Made by a program: the position numbers and the translations under genes. A model generated the notes under the pieces. That model searched no databases, was not told the origin of the DNA, and saw only the letters and a program-made list of their open reading frames with translations. Below are positions 22,564-34,199 of a stretch of DNA of 64,000 bases, piece by piece; the first letter of the stretch is position 1, and every line of letters begins with the position of its first letter. Source of the DNA: Escherichia coli. Its GTDB lineage: Bacteria; Pseudomonadota; Gammaproteobacteria; Enterobacterales; Enterobacteriaceae. Where the stretch lies: NCBI RefSeq assembly GCF_044647545.1, contig NZ_CP172818.1; one strand, given 5' to 3'.

Positions 22564-23613
22564 ATGAAGATCAAAGCTGTTGGTGCATATTCCGCTAAAC
22601 AACCACTTGAACCGATGGATATCACCCGGCGTGAACCGGGACCGAATGATGTCAAAATCGAAATCGCTTACTGTGGCGTTTGCCATTCCGATCTCCACCA
22701 GGTCCGTTCCGAGTGGGCGGGGACGGTTTACCCCTGCGTGCCGGGTCATGAAATTGTGGGGCGTGTGGTAGCCGTTGGTGATCAGGTAGAAAAATATGCG
22801 CCGGGCGATCTGGTCGGTGTCGGCTGCATTGTCGACAGTTGTAAACATTGCGAAGAGTGTGAAGACGGGTTGGAAAACTACTGTGATCACATGACCGGCA
22901 CCTATAACTCGCCGACGCCGGACGAACCGGGCCATACTCTGGGCGGCTACTCACAACAGATCGTCGTTCATGAGCGATATGTTCTGCGTATTCGTCACCC
23001 GCAAGAGCAGCTGGCGGCGGTGGCTCCTTTGTTGTGTGCAGGGATCACCACGTATTCGCCGCTACGTCACTGGCAGGCCGGGCCGGGTAAAAAAGTGGGC
23101 GTGGTCGGCATCGGCGGTCTGGGACATATGGGGATTAAGCTGGCCCACGCGATGGGGGCACATGTGGTGGCATTTACCACTTCTGAGGCAAAACGCGAAG
23201 CGGCAAAAGCCCTGGGGGCCGATGAAGTTGTTAACTCACGCAATGCCGATGAGATGGCGGCTCATCTGAAGAGTTTCGATTTCATTTTGAATACAGTAGC
23301 TGCGCCACATAATCTCGACGATTTTACCACCTTGCTGAAGCGTGATGGCACCATGACGCTGGTTGGTGCGCCTGCGACACCGCATAAATCGCCGGAAGTT
23401 TTCAACCTGATCATGAAACGCCGTGCGATAGCCGGTTCTATGATTGGCGGCATTCCAGAAACTCAGGAGATGCTCGATTTTTGCGCCGAACATGGCATCG
23501 TGGCTGATATAGAGATGATTCGGGCCGATCAAATTAATGAAGCCTATGAGCGAATGCTGCGCGGTGATGTGAAATATCGTTTTGTTATCGATAATCGCAC
23601 ACTAACAGACTGA
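22564..23613 (+). CDS. yahK: Zn-dependent NADPH aldehyde reductase (MDR family)
   Basis: ORF track 22564..23613, 349 aa; GHEIVG zinc motif and GIGGLG Rossmann motif; AGGAG upstream. Confidence 0.9.
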   Translation: MKIKAVGAYSAKQPLEPMDITRREPGPNDVKIEIAYCGVCHSDLHQVRSEWAGTVYPCVPGHEIVGRVVAVGDQVEKYAPGDLVGVGCIVDSCKHCEECEDGLENYCDHMTGTYNSPTPDEPGHTLGGYSQQIVVHERYVLRIRHPQEQLAAVAPLLCAGITTYSPLRHWQAGPGKKVGVVGIGGLGHMGIKLAHAMGAHVVAFTTSEAKREAAKALGADEVVNSRNADEMAAHLKSFDFILNTVAAPHNLDDFTTLLKRDGTMTLVGAPATPHKSPEVFNLIMKRRAIAGSMIGGIPETQEMLDFCAEHGIVADIEMIRADQINEAYERMLRGDVKYRFVIDNRTLTD

Positions 23614-23851
23614 AAAAATTAATAAATACCCTGTGGTTTAACATATTAACTTCGTTCTCCACTTAACTTTTTAGTTAAGGAGAGCGAAATAATATCAAAG
23701 TAGCAGTAAAACCTATAACGTAAATTTAAATTGTTAAATTAACGCCCTCCAGTACACAATACTTCACACGTTAGTTATGAGCGATTTCTGATAGTGCCTG
23801 GTTTAATCAGAGCTTTATTATCTGCGACGTTTATTTTTATTTAGAGATCGC

Positions 23852-24662
23852 GATGATATCATTAAAAGCTCCGCACAATAATTTGATGCCATATACGCAA
23901 CAAAGCATACTTAATACGGTTAAAAACAATCAGTTACCAGAGGATATCAAAAGCGCCTGGTTTCCTGTGTCGATATATTCAAGGTTTTGATTAAACAATA
24001 TTATGATTATCCTTATGATTGTCGTGATGATTTAGTCGATGACGACAAACTCATTCATCTCATGGCTGCCGTACGAGACTGTGAGTGGTCAGACGATAAC
24101 GCACTCACCATAAATGTGCAGTTTAATGATTTCCCTGGATTTTATGACTGGATGGATTACCCTGATCACCCGGTTAGGGTTACTTCATACTTGAAAATCA
24201 AAAAGGGACAGTTTGGGTATATGACCAGGATGATGCGTTTCTTGATATTAAAGCAAACGTGCAGGCTGGACGCTTTACCGGGCTTAAGAAATTAGTGCAG
24301 TTTATCGATTCAGTGCGAACAGATTGCAAATGTATTCTTCTTGAATACCATATGCCTTTGCTGAGAATTTTCCCTAAAGGGAAAGAGTGTATGCATGTGG
24401 AAAAATGGCTTCGCGAAATGTCGTCTATTCCGGAGACAGACGCGCCCATTAAGCAGGCGCTTGCGCATGGATTATTATTACACTTAAAAAATATCTACCC
24501 TGTTTTCCTGAATCACTGGTGATGTTATTGCTCTCTGTTCTGGACGTAAAAACATACAGAGATGATGCGCGATTAAATGAATGGATATCTAATAGAGTGC
24601 AGGAATTAGGTGACAGATATTATCCTGTAAATAAGCACGTTAAAATCCGCTACACTCTTTAG
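23852..24662 (+). pseudogene. yahL: yahL-like gene, frameshifted; boundaries approximate
   Basis: ATG at 23852 stops after about 45 codons; track ORFs 23987..24295 and 24259..24522 continue in other frames. Confidence 0.4.
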
Positions 24663-25176
24663 TTCAGAAAGGGTTCCACCTGCAAGTTGTTATTCCACCT
24701 GAGAGTGAATCGCAATGCAGGTAATCATTTCATCTGTATATCTGTATGCCAACTGGCATTCCATCTCTTTTTTCGCCGATATTTTGTGTGATCGGCGACA
24801 CTTCGCTTAAAAAAGCACCAGTAGTGGTTTCGCAGCCATGCGGTGTATAAAAAATGATCTCATGCAGATGTTTTGTGAATGTGTTGGTTGACATTCATAT
24901 GAAAAAAATCATAATTCCATCATGTTTGTGTGGGGTCTTTTCTGTATCTTACGCATCGCACTCAAGCCTGACAGAAAATATGCTGTAAGGCTCATATAAA
25001 AAACGCCATTAGCTCATCAGGAAGAGCAGACGACAACCAGGATTGTTGTATGGTACGGGGTTCGAGGCCTCGATGGCGGTCCAACTTTCAAAACTCTTCT
25101 GAATCAGATCCCCTTATTATCATCCCTGCAAAGTGGAACATTGCCATTGTTTGGCTATTCAGGATGGGGCAGACCA

Positions 25177-25356
25177 ATGAAAAAAGCCCACACAGGGGAG
25201 AGTGGGCTGAAATGGGAAGCTAAAGACTCAAGTAAACTTATCGGAAATAAGGACCACGCATCAGGGGCTATCATCGCCGATGGCCGTGATTCGGCAAATC
25301 AGGTTGATTACGTAGAGAGTAAATTATCTGCTCACCGCTGCGTCACCCCTTCGTAA
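25177..25356 (+). CDS. Small hydrophilic ORF (59 aa from ATG) in the yahM position; identity uncertain
   Basis: Part of track ORF 25141..25356; promoter-like TTGACA-N17-ATAATT at 24888-24916 lies upstream. Confidence 0.2.
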   Translation: MKKAHTGESGLKWEAKDSSKLIGNKDHASGAIIADGRDSANQVDYVESKLSAHRCVTPS

Positions 25357-26003
25357 ATCAGGCGTAGCGCGAATACACCAATAATTGCACCAATAACCCG
25401 ACTGGCAACGCGTTGCATACGCCCATAAGCACGACGCACAGCGGGCAAAGAAAACGCCTGACTAAGAAAAACTCGCCAGATAATTGATGCGAGCACAATC
25501 CCCGCCCAGGCCATTAAACGTGCCCATGTTGGTGTTTCGGCATTTAATGTTACTGAGAAAATACTGATAAAAAATAAAACGGTTTGCGGGTTAGAGAGAT
25601 CGGTAATTAATCCGCGGCGAAAAAAGACATACCAGGGGGCGCTAATCGGTTGTTGTAGTGTGCTCATTTGCGGTGTTGACTGGCGGCGCATGCTGCACCA
25701 CGCAAACCATAAGAGATAAGCGCCGCCGACGATTCTGATAAGCGAAAAAATCTCCTCACACTGCGTAATTAGCGTTGCAAGACCAAACAAACCCAACCCG
25801 GAATAAAATGCATCGCCCAGCGCCACGCCCAGCCCGGTCAGCACCCCTGCGCGTCGACCGGAAGCCAGGCTGGTTTGTACTACCACAAAGAGATTGGCTC
25901 CCGGATTAAAAAAAGTAATCACGAACAGTCCTACGGTCAGGTAAACGGCATGCAAAGGATCCATAGTGATTTCATCCATAAATAAGTGAACTAACTGCAT
26001 CAT
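25332..26003 (-). CDS. yahN: LysE/RhtB-family amino acid exporter
   Basis: ORF track 25332..26003, 223 aa, multi-TM. Confidence 0.85.
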   Translation of the reverse strand: MMQLVHLFMDEITMDPLHAVYLTVGLFVITFFNPGANLFVVVQTSLASGRRAGVLTGLGVALGDAFYSGLGLFGLATLITQCEEIFSLIRIVGGAYLLWFAWCSMRRQSTPQMSTLQQPISAPWYVFFRRGLITDLSNPQTVLFFISIFSVTLNAETPTWARLMAWAGIVLASIIWRVFLSQAFSLPAVRRAYGRMQRVASRVIGAIIGVFALRLIYEGVTQR

Positions 26004-26149
26004 ATTTCTACCAAAAATAATCGGGTGCGAGAGAGATCACAAAGTGTCTTATTTCCGGTTACTGGCGTTTATGCCCTGACTGAACTAATTATTAATCAAC
26101 CCAATAATGTGGGTGGGTGATAGTGTGATAACAACTCTGGAGCCGTAAT

Positions 26150-26425
26150 ATGAAAATAATCTCTAAAATGTTAGTCGGTGCGTTAGCGTTAGCCGTTACC
26201 AATGTCTATGCCGCTGAATTGATGACCAAAGCGGAATTTGAAAAAGTTGAATCGCAGTATGAAAAAATAGGTGATATTTCAACCAGCAATGAAATGTCGA
26301 CTGCAGATGCAAAAGAAGATTTGATCAAAAAAGCGGATGAAAAAGGGGCTGATGTGTTGGTACTGACCTCCGGTCAAACTGACAATAAGATCCACGGCAC
26401 GGCAAATATTTATAAGAAGAAGTAA
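26150..26425 (+). CDS. yahO: Small secreted protein (YdgH/BhsA/McbA-like, DUF1471)
   Basis: ORF track 26150..26425, 91 aa, signal peptide [21 protein letters not shown]. Confidence 0.8.
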   Translation: MKIISKMLVGALALAVTNVYAAELMTKAEFEKVESQYEKIGDISTSNEMSTADAKEDLIKKADEKGADVLVLTSGQTDNKIHGTANIYKKK

Positions 26426-26522
26426 TTCTGAATCCTATGTAAACATCTCCGATGCGTAAGTTTATCGGTGATCATCTATTGAAATTTATGCCGGATAAAG
26501 CGTTCGCGCTGCATTCGGCAGT

Positions 26523-28109
26523 TCAGCTTTTCAGCCGCCGCCAGAACGTCGTCCGGCTGATGCCTAAATAATTCGCCGCTGCTGTTTTATCGCCATTAAA
26601 TTTCTCCAGTGCCTGTTGTGGTGTCAGTAAGCGTGGAGCGGGAGTTTTCGCCGACTCGCGCGCCAGTTCCGGCAGTAGCAGTTGCATAAACTGCGGCGTT
26701 AAATCCGGCGTCGGTTCCACACTTAAAAACAGCGCCAGTCGTTCCATCATATTGCGCAGTTCACGAATATTGCCTGGCCAGTCGTAGTGCAGCAGCACAG
26801 TTTCACTTGCCTGTAACCCCTGGCGTAATGCAGCAGAAAATGGGGCGGAGAGCGCCGCCAGAGACACTTTCAAAAAGCTTTCCGCCAGCGGAAGAATATC
26901 CGCCACCCGCTCGCGCAGTGGTGGCAATTGCAGACGCAAAATACTCAGCCGATAAAACAGATCACGGCGAAAACGTCCTTGCTGCATATCTTCTTCCAGA
27001 TTGCAGTGAGTGGCGCTAATGACCCGTACATCTACCGGAACAGGCTGATGCCCGCCGACGCGGGTGACCTCTTTTTCTTCCAGCACCCGCAGCAGCCGGG
27101 TCTGCAAAGGTAGCGGCATTTCGCCAATCTCATCCAGAAACAGCGTACCGCCGTGGGCAATTTCGAACAGCCCGGCGCGACCTCCGCGTCGCGAGCCGGT
27201 AAACGCCCCTTCCTCATAGCCAAACAGTTCTGCTTCCAGCAGCGATTCGGCAATCGCCCCGCAGTTGACGGCAACAAACGGATGCGACTTTTTGCCCTGT
27301 CGCGCATCGTGGCGGGCAAAATATTCCCGATGAATCGCCTGGGCCGCCAGCTCTTTGCCCGTCCCCGTTTCCCCCTCAATCAACACCGCCGCACTGGAGC
27401 GGGCATACAGCAAAATAGTCTGCCGTACTTGTTCCATCTGTGGTGATTGACCGAGCATATCGCCCAGCACGTAACGAGTACGCAGGGCGTTGCGGGTGGC
27501 ATCGTGAGTGTTATGGCGTAACGACATGCGCGTCATATCCAGCGCATCGCTGAACGCCTGGCGCACGGTGGCGGCGGAATAGATAAAAATTCCGGTCATT
27601 CCGGCTTCTTCTGCCAAATCGGTAATCAGCCCTGCGCCGACCACCGCTTCGGTGCCGTTAGCTTTTAGCTCGTTAATCTGCCCGCGTGCGTCTTCCTCGG
27701 TAATGTAGCTACGTTGGTCGAGGCGCAAATTAAAGGTTTTTTGAAACGCCACCAGCGCTGGAATGGTTTCCTGATAGGTGACAACGCCGATAGAAGAGGT
27801 GAGTTTTCCGGCTTTTGCCAGTGCCTGTAACACATCGTAGCCGCTCGGTTTAATCAAAATAACTGGCACTGACAGGCGGCTTTTCAGGTACGCGCCGTTA
27901 GAGCCAGCCGCGATGATGGCGTCACAGCGTTCGTTTGCCAGTTTCTTGCGGATGTAGGTCACTGCTTTTTCAAAGCCAAGCTGAATAGGGGTAATGTTCG
28001 CCAGGTGATCAAACTCGAGGCTGATATCGCGAAACAGCTCGAACAGGCGCGTTACAGATACCGTCCAGATAACCGGTTTGTCGTCATTAAGCCGTGGTGG
28101 ATGTGCCAT
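26523..28109 (-). CDS. prpR: Sigma-54-dependent activator of the propionate operon (AAA+ enhancer-binding protein)
   Basis: ORF track 26523..28121; ATG at 28109; GAFTGA motif and Walker A GETGTGKE present. Confidence 0.9.
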   Translation of the reverse strand: MAHPPRLNDDKPVIWTVSVTRLFELFRDISLEFDHLANITPIQLGFEKAVTYIRKKLANERCDAIIAAGSNGAYLKSRLSVPVILIKPSGYDVLQALAKAGKLTSSIGVVTYQETIPALVAFQKTFNLRLDQRSYITEEDARGQINELKANGTEAVVGAGLITDLAEEAGMTGIFIYSAATVRQAFSDALDMTRMSLRHNTHDATRNALRTRYVLGDMLGQSPQMEQVRQTILLYARSSAAVLIEGETGTGKELAAQAIHREYFARHDARQGKKSHPFVAVNCGAIAESLLEAELFGYEEGAFTGSRRGGRAGLFEIAHGGTLFLDEIGEMPLPLQTRLLRVLEEKEVTRVGGHQPVPVDVRVISATHCNLEEDMQQGRFRRDLFYRLSILRLQLPPLRERVADILPLAESFLKVSLAALSAPFSAALRQGLQASETVLLHYDWPGNIRELRNMMERLALFLSVEPTPDLTPQFMQLLLPELARESAKTPAPRLLTPQQALEKFNGDKTAAANYLGISRTTFWRRLKS

Positions 28110-28285
28110 AGCGCACCGCAAAGTTAAGAAACCGAATATTGGGTTTAGTCTTGTTTCATAATTGTTGCAATGAAACGCGGTGAAACATTGCCTGAAACGT
28201 TAACTGAAACGCATATTTGCGGATTAGTTCATGACTTTATCTCTAACAAATTGAAATTAAACATTTAATTTTATTAAGGCAATTG

Positions 28286-28301
28286 TGGCACACCCCTTGC
28301 T
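28286..28301 (+). promoter_or_regulatory. Sigma-54 (-24/-12) promoter TGGCAC-N5-TTGCT upstream of prpB
   Basis: TGGCACACCCCTTGCT read directly about 47 bp upstream of the prpB ATG; matches RpoN consensus. Confidence 0.65.
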
Positions 28302-28347
28302 TTGTCTTTATCAACGCAAATAACAAGTTGATAACAAAGGATGGGCT

Positions 28348-29304
28348 ATGTCTCTACACTCTCCAGGTAAAGCGTTTCGCGCTGCACTGACTAAAGAAAA
28401 TCCATTGCAGATTGTTGGCACCATCAACGCTAATCATGCGCTGTTGGCGCAGCGTGCCGGATATCAGGCAATTTATCTTTCTGGCGGTGGCGTGGCGGCA
28501 GGTTCGCTGGGGCTGCCCGATCTCGGTATTTCTACCCTTGATGATGTGCTGACCGACATTCGCCGTATCACCGACGTTTGTTCGCTGCCGCTGCTGGTGG
28601 ATGCGGATATCGGTTTTGGTTCTTCGGCCTTTAACGTGGCGCGCACCGTGAAATCGATGATTAAAGCCGGTGCGGCAGGATTGCATATTGAAGATCAGGT
28701 TGGTGCGAAACGCTGCGGTCATCGTCCGAATAAAGCGATCGTCTCGAAAGAAGAGATGGTGGATCGGATCCGCGCGGCGGTGGATGCGAAAACCGATCCT
28801 GATTTTGTGATCATGGCGCGCACCGATGCTCTGGCGGTAGAGGGGCTGGATGCGGCGATCGAGCGTGCGCAGGCCTATGTTGAAGCGGGTGCCGAGATGT
28901 TGTTCCCGGAGGCGATTACCGAACTCGCCATGTACCGCCAGTTTGCCGATGCGGTGCAGGTGCCGATCCTCGCCAATATTACCGAATTTGGCGCAACACC
29001 GCTGTTTACTACCGATGAATTACGCAGTGCCCATGTTGCAATGGCGCTGTACCCGCTTTCAGCGTTTCGCGCCATGAACCGCGCCGCCGAACATGTCTAC
29101 AACGTCCTGCGTCAGGAAGGCACGCAGAAAAGCGTCATCGACACCATGCAAACCCGCAACGAGCTGTACGAAAGCATCAATTACTACCAGTACGAAGAGA
29201 AGCTCGACGACCTGTTTGCCCGTAGCCAGGCGAACCCCCCCCCCCCCCCCCACAACGAAAAATATCTCGACCCTACAAAAAAAAAAATGACGAGGACAAT
29301 ATGA
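28348..29304 (+). CDS. prpB: 2-methylisocitrate lyase; the C-terminus runs through a C17 tract, giving an aberrant tail
   Basis: ORF track 28348..29304, 318 aa; sequence is lyase-like up to FARSQ, then [24 protein letters not shown] encoded by the homopolymer region. Confidence 0.7.
   Translation: MSLHSPGKAFRAALTKENPLQIVGTINANHALLAQRAGYQAIYLSGGGVAAGSLGLPDLGISTLDDVLTDIRRITDVCSLPLLVDADIGFGSSAFNVARTVKSMIKAGAAGLHIEDQVGAKRCGHRPNKAIVSKEEMVDRIRAAVDAKTDPDFVIMARTDALAVEGLDAAIERAQAYVEAGAEMLFPEAITELAMYRQFADAVQVPILANITEFGATPLFTTDELRSAHVAMALYPLSAFRAMNRAAEHVYNVLRQEGTQKSVIDTMQTRNELYESINYYQYEEKLDDLFARSQANPPPPPHNEKYLDPTKKKMTRTI
29235..29251. repeat. Homopolymer tract C17, followed by A11 at 29277-29287
   Basis: Counted directly in the sequence. 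Confidence 0.9.
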
Positions 29305-30468
29305 GCGACACAACGATCCTGCAAAACAGTACCCATGTCATTAAACCGAAAAAATCGGTAGCACTTTCTGGCGTTCCGGCGGGCAATACGGCGCTCTGCA
29401 CCGTGGGTAAAAGTGGCAATGACTTGCATTACCGTGGTTACGATATTCTTGATCTGGCGGAACATTGCGAATTTGAAGAAGTGGCGCATCTGCTGATCCA
29501 CGGCAAACTGCCGACCCGTGACGAACTCGCCGCCTACAAAACGAAACTGAAAGCCCTGCGCGGTTTACCGGCTAACGTGCGTACCGTGCTGGAAGCCTTA
29601 CCGGCGGCGTCGCACCCGATGGATGTTATGCGCACCGGCGTTTCCGCGCTCGGCTGCACGCTGCCAGAAAAAGAGGGGCATACCGTCTCTGGCGCGCGGG
29701 ATATTGCCGACAAACTGCTGGCGTCACTTAGCTCGATTCTTCTCTACTGGTATCACTACAGCCACAACGGCGAACGCATTCAGCCGGAAACCGATGACGA
29801 CTCCATCGGCGGTCACTTCCTGCATCTGCTGCATGGCGAAAAGCCGTCGCAAAGCTGGGAAAAGGCGATGGAGATCCGCTGGTGCTGTACGCCGAACACG
29901 AGTTTAACGCCTCCACCTTTACCAGCCGGGTGATCCGGCGGGCACCGGCTCTGATATGTATTCCGCGATTATTGGCGCGATTGGTGCACTGCGCGGCTGA
30001 AGCACGGCGGGGCGAATGAAGTGTCGCTGGAGATCCAGCAACGCGACGAAACGCCGGACGAAGCCGAAGCCGATATCCGCAAGCGGGTGGAAAACAAAGA
30101 AGTGGTCATTGGTTTTGGTCATCCGGTTTATACCATCGCCGACCCGCGTCATCAGGTGATCAAACGTGTGGCGAAGCAGCTCTCGCAGAAGGCGGCTCGC
30201 TGAAGATGTACAACATCGCCGATCGCCTGGAAACGGTGATGTGGGAGAGCAAAAGATGTTCCCCAATCTCGACTGGTTCTCCGCTGTTTCCTACAACATC
30301 AGGGGCTTTCCCACCGAGACGTTCACCCCACTGTTTGTTATCGCCCGCGTCACCGGCTGGGCGGCGCACATTATCGAACAACGTCAGGACAACAAAATTA
30401 TCCGTCCTTCCGCCAATTATGTTGGACCGGAAGCACGCCCGTTTGTCGCGCTGGATAAGCGCCAGTAA
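29301..30468 (+). pseudogene. prpC: 2-methylcitrate synthase gene, split into at least 3 frames
   Basis: Track ORFs 29301..29933, 30021..30203 and 30166..30468 read as consecutive citrate synthase-family segments; span 1168 bp. Confidence 0.7.
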
Positions 30469-30501
30469 ACCTCTACGAATAACAATAAGGAAACGTACCC
30501 A

Positions 30502-31952
30502 ATGTCAGCTCAAATCAACAACATCCGCCCGGAATTTGATCGTGAAATCGTTGATATCGTCGATTACGTCATGAACTACGAAATCAGCTCCAAAGCAGCC
30601 TACGACACCGCCCATTACTGCCTGCTCGACACGCTCGGCTGCGGTCTTGAAGCTCTCGAATACCCGGCCTGTAAAAAACTGCTGGGGCCAATTGTCCCCG
30701 GCACCGTCGTCCCCAACGGCGCGCGCGTCCCCGGAACTCAGTTCCAGCTCGACCCCGTCCAGGCGGCATTTAACATCGGCGCGATGATCCGCTGGCTCGA
30801 TTTCAACGATACCTGGCTGGCGGCGGAGTGGGGCCATCCTTCCGACAACCTCGGCGGCATTCTGGTACGGCGGACTGGCTTTCGCGCAACGCGGTCGCCA
30901 GCGGCAAAGCGCCGTTGACCATGAAACAGGTGCTGACCGCAATGATCAAAGCCCATGAAATTCAGGGCTGCATCGCGCTGGAAAACTCCTTTAACCGCGT
31001 CGGCCTCGACCACGTTCTGTTAGTGAAAGTGGCTTCCACCGCCGTGGTCGCCGAAATGCTCGGCCTGACCCGCGAGGAAATTCTCAACGCCGTTTCGCTG
31101 GCGTGGGTGGACGGTCAGCCGCTGCGCACCTATCGCCATGCGCCGTAACACCGGCACGCGTAAATCCTGGGCGGCGGGCGATGCCACTTCCCGCGCGGTA
31201 CGTCTGGCACTGACGGCGAAAACGGGCGAAATGGGTTACCCGTCAGCCCTGACTGCGCCGGTGTGGGGCTTCTACGACGTCTCCTTTAAAGGTGAGTCGT
31301 TCCGCTTCCAGCGCCCGTACGGTTCCTACGTTATGGAAAATGTGCTGTTCAAAATCTCCTTCCCGGCGGAGTTCCACTCCCAGACGGCAGTTGAAGCAGC
31401 GATGACGCTCTATGAACAGATGCAGGCAGCAGGCAAAACGGCGGCGGATATCGAAAAAGTGACCATTCGCACCCACGAAGCCTGTATTCGCATCATCGAC
31501 AAAAAAGGACCGCTCAATAACCCGGCAGACCGCGATCACTGCATTCAGTACATGGTGGCGATCCCGCTGCTGTTCGGGCGCTTAACGGCGGCAGATTACG
31601 AGGACAACGTTGCGCAAGATAAACGCATCGACGCCCTGCGCGAGAAGATCAATTGCTTTGAAGATCCGGCATTTACCGCTGACTACCACGACCCGGAAAA
31701 ACGCGCCATCGCCAATGCCATTACCCTTGAGTTCACCGACGGACGCGATTTGAAGAAGTGGTGGTGGAGTACCCCATTGGTCATGCTCGCCGCCGTCAGG
31801 ATGGTATTCCGAAACTGGTCGATAAATTCAAAATCAATCTCGCGCGCCAGTTCCCGACTCGCCAACAGCAGCGCATTCTGGAGGTTTCTCTCGACAGAGC
31901 TCGCCTGGAACAGATGCCGGTCAATGAGTATCTCGACCTGTACGTCATTTAA
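30502..31952 (+). pseudogene. prpD: 2-methylcitrate dehydratase gene, split into at least 3 frames
   Basis: Track ORFs 30502..30918, 30828..31148, 31138..31956 and 31758..31952; span 1451 bp. Confidence 0.7.
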
Positions 31953-31990
31953 GTAAACGGCGGTAAGGCGTAAGTCAACAGGAGACCATT

Positions 31991-33871
31991 ATGTTTTAGC
32001 GAATTTTATCAGCGTTCGATTAACGAACCGGAGCAGTTCTGGGCCGAGCAGGCCGTGTATTGACTGGCAGACGCCCTTTACGCAAACGCTCGATCACAGC
32101 AATCCGCCGTTTGCCCGTTGGTTTTGTGAAGGCTGAACCAACTTGTGCACAACGCTATCGACCGCTGGCTGGAGAAACAGCCAGAGGCGCTGGCGCTGAT
32201 TGCCGTCTCTTCGGAAACAGAAGAAGAGCGCACCTTTACCTTTCGTCAGCTGCATGACGAAGTGAACGCGGTGGCCTCAATGTTGCGTTCATTGGGCGTG
32301 CAGCGTGGCGATCGGGTGCTGGTGTATATGCCGATGATTGCCGAAGCGCATATTACTCTGCTGGCCTGCGCGCGCATTGGCGCTATTCACTCGGTGGTGT
32401 TTGGGGGATTTGCCTCGCACAGCGTGGCGGCGCGAATTGATGATGCTAAACCGGTGCTGATTGTCTCGGCTGATGCCGGAGCGCGCGGTGGCAAAATCAT
32501 TCCCTATAAAAAATTGCTCGACGATGCGATAAGTCAGGCGCAGCACCAGCCACGCCATGTTTTGCTGGTGGATCGCGGGCTGGCGAAAATGGCGCGCGTC
32601 AGCGGGCGGGATGTCGATTTCGCGTCGTTGCGCCATCAACACATCGGCGCGCGGGTACCGGTGGCGTGGCTGGAATCCAACGAAACCTCCTGCATTCTCT
32701 ACACCTCCGGCACGACCGGCAAACCTAAAGGCGTGCAGCGTGACGTCGGCGGATATGCGGTGGCGCTGGCGACCTCGATGGACACCATTTTTGGCGGCAA
32801 AGCGGGCGGTGTGTTCCTTTGTGCTTCGGATATCGGCTGGGTGGTGGGGCGTTCTATATCGTCTACGCGCCGCTGCTGGCGGGGATGGCGACTATCGTTT
32901 ACGAAGGATTACCGACCTGGCCGGACTGCGGCGTGTGGTGGAAAATCGTCGAGAAATATCAGGTTAGCCGGATGTTCTCAGCGCCGACCGCCATTCGCGT
33001 GCTGAAAAAATTCCCTACCGCTGAAATTCGCAAACACGATCTCTCGTCGCTGGAAGTGCTCTATCTGGCTGGAGAACCGCTGGACGAGCCGACCGCCAGT
33101 TGGGTGAGCAATACGCTGGATGTGCCGGTGATCGACAACTACTGGCAGACCGAATCCGGCTGGCCGATTATGGCGATTGCTCGCGGTCTGGACGACAGGC
33201 CGACGCGTCTGGGAAGCCCCGGTGTGCCGATGTATGGCTATAACGTGCAGTTGCTTAATGAAGTCACCGGCGAACCGTGTGGCGTCAACGAGAAAGGGAT
33301 GCTGGTGGTGGAAGGGCCGCTGCCGCCGGGGTGTATTCAGACCATCTGGGGCGACGACGGCCGCTTTGTGAAGACTTACTGGTCGCTGTTTTCCCGCCCG
33401 GTGTACGCCACCTTTGACTGGGGCATCCGTGACGCTGACGGTTATCACTTTATTCTCGGGCGCACTGACGATGTGATTAACGTTGCCGGGCATCGGCTGG
33501 GGACGCGCGAGATTGAAGAGAGTATCTCCAGCCATCCGGGCGTTGCCGAAGTGGCGGTGGTTGGGGTGAAAGATGCGCTGAAAGGGCAGGTGGCGGTGGC
33601 GTTTGTCATTCCGAAAGAGAGCGACAGTCTGGAAGATCGTGATGTGGCGCACTCGCAAGAGAAGGCGATTATGGCGCTGGTGGACAGCCAGATTGGCAAC
33701 TTTGGCCGCCCGGCGCACGTCTGGTTTGTCTCGCAATTGCCAAAAACGCGATCCGGAAAAATGCTGCGCCGCACGATCCAGGCGATTTGCGAAGGACGCG
33801 ATCCTGGAGATCTGACGACCATTGATGATCCTGCGTCGTTGGATCAGATCCGCCAGGCGATGGAAGAGTAG
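31991..33871 (+). pseudogene. prpE: Propionyl-CoA synthetase gene, frameshifted
   Basis: ATG at 31991 followed by TTT TAG; track ORFs 32145..33005 and 32819..33871 carry acyl-CoA synthetase sequence in different frames. Confidence 0.7.
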
Positions 33872-33876
33872 GTTAT

Positions 33877-34050
33877 TGTCGGATGCGTCGCGCGGCGCAT
33901 CCGGCACTGGTGCCGATGCCTGATGCGACGCTGACGCGTCTTATCATGCCTACGGACCTGAACCGTAGGTCGGATAAGGCGCTCGCGCCGCATCCGACAC
34001 CATGCTCAGATGCCTGATGCGACGCTGACGCGTCTTATCAGGCCTACCCA
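33877..34050. repeat. BIME cluster of about 4 REP palindromes between prpE and codB
   Basis: Repeated GCCTGATGCGACGCTGACGCGTCTTATCAGGCCTAC-type palindromes read directly. Confidence 0.7.
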
Positions 34051-34117
34051 CTGTTTTTACACCGATAATTTTTCCCCCACCTTTTTGCACTCATTCATAT
34101 AAAAAATATATTTCCCC

Positions 34118-34135
34118 ACGAAAACGATTGCTTTT
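34118..34135. promoter_or_regulatory. PUR-box-like sequence ACGAAAACGATTGCTTTT upstream of codB
   Basis: About 12 of 16 matches to the ACGCAAACGTTTGCGT PurR consensus; codBA is purine-regulated in E. coli. Confidence 0.3.
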
Positions 34136-34199
34136 TATCTTCAGATGAATAGAATGCGGCGGATTTTTTGGGTTTCAAACAGCAAAAAGGGGGAATTTC

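Noticed and set aside
32978-33907. 309-aa ORF on the minus strand
   Set aside because: Antisense to prpE with a low-complexity R/H/P-rich translation; typical GC-rich antisense artefact.
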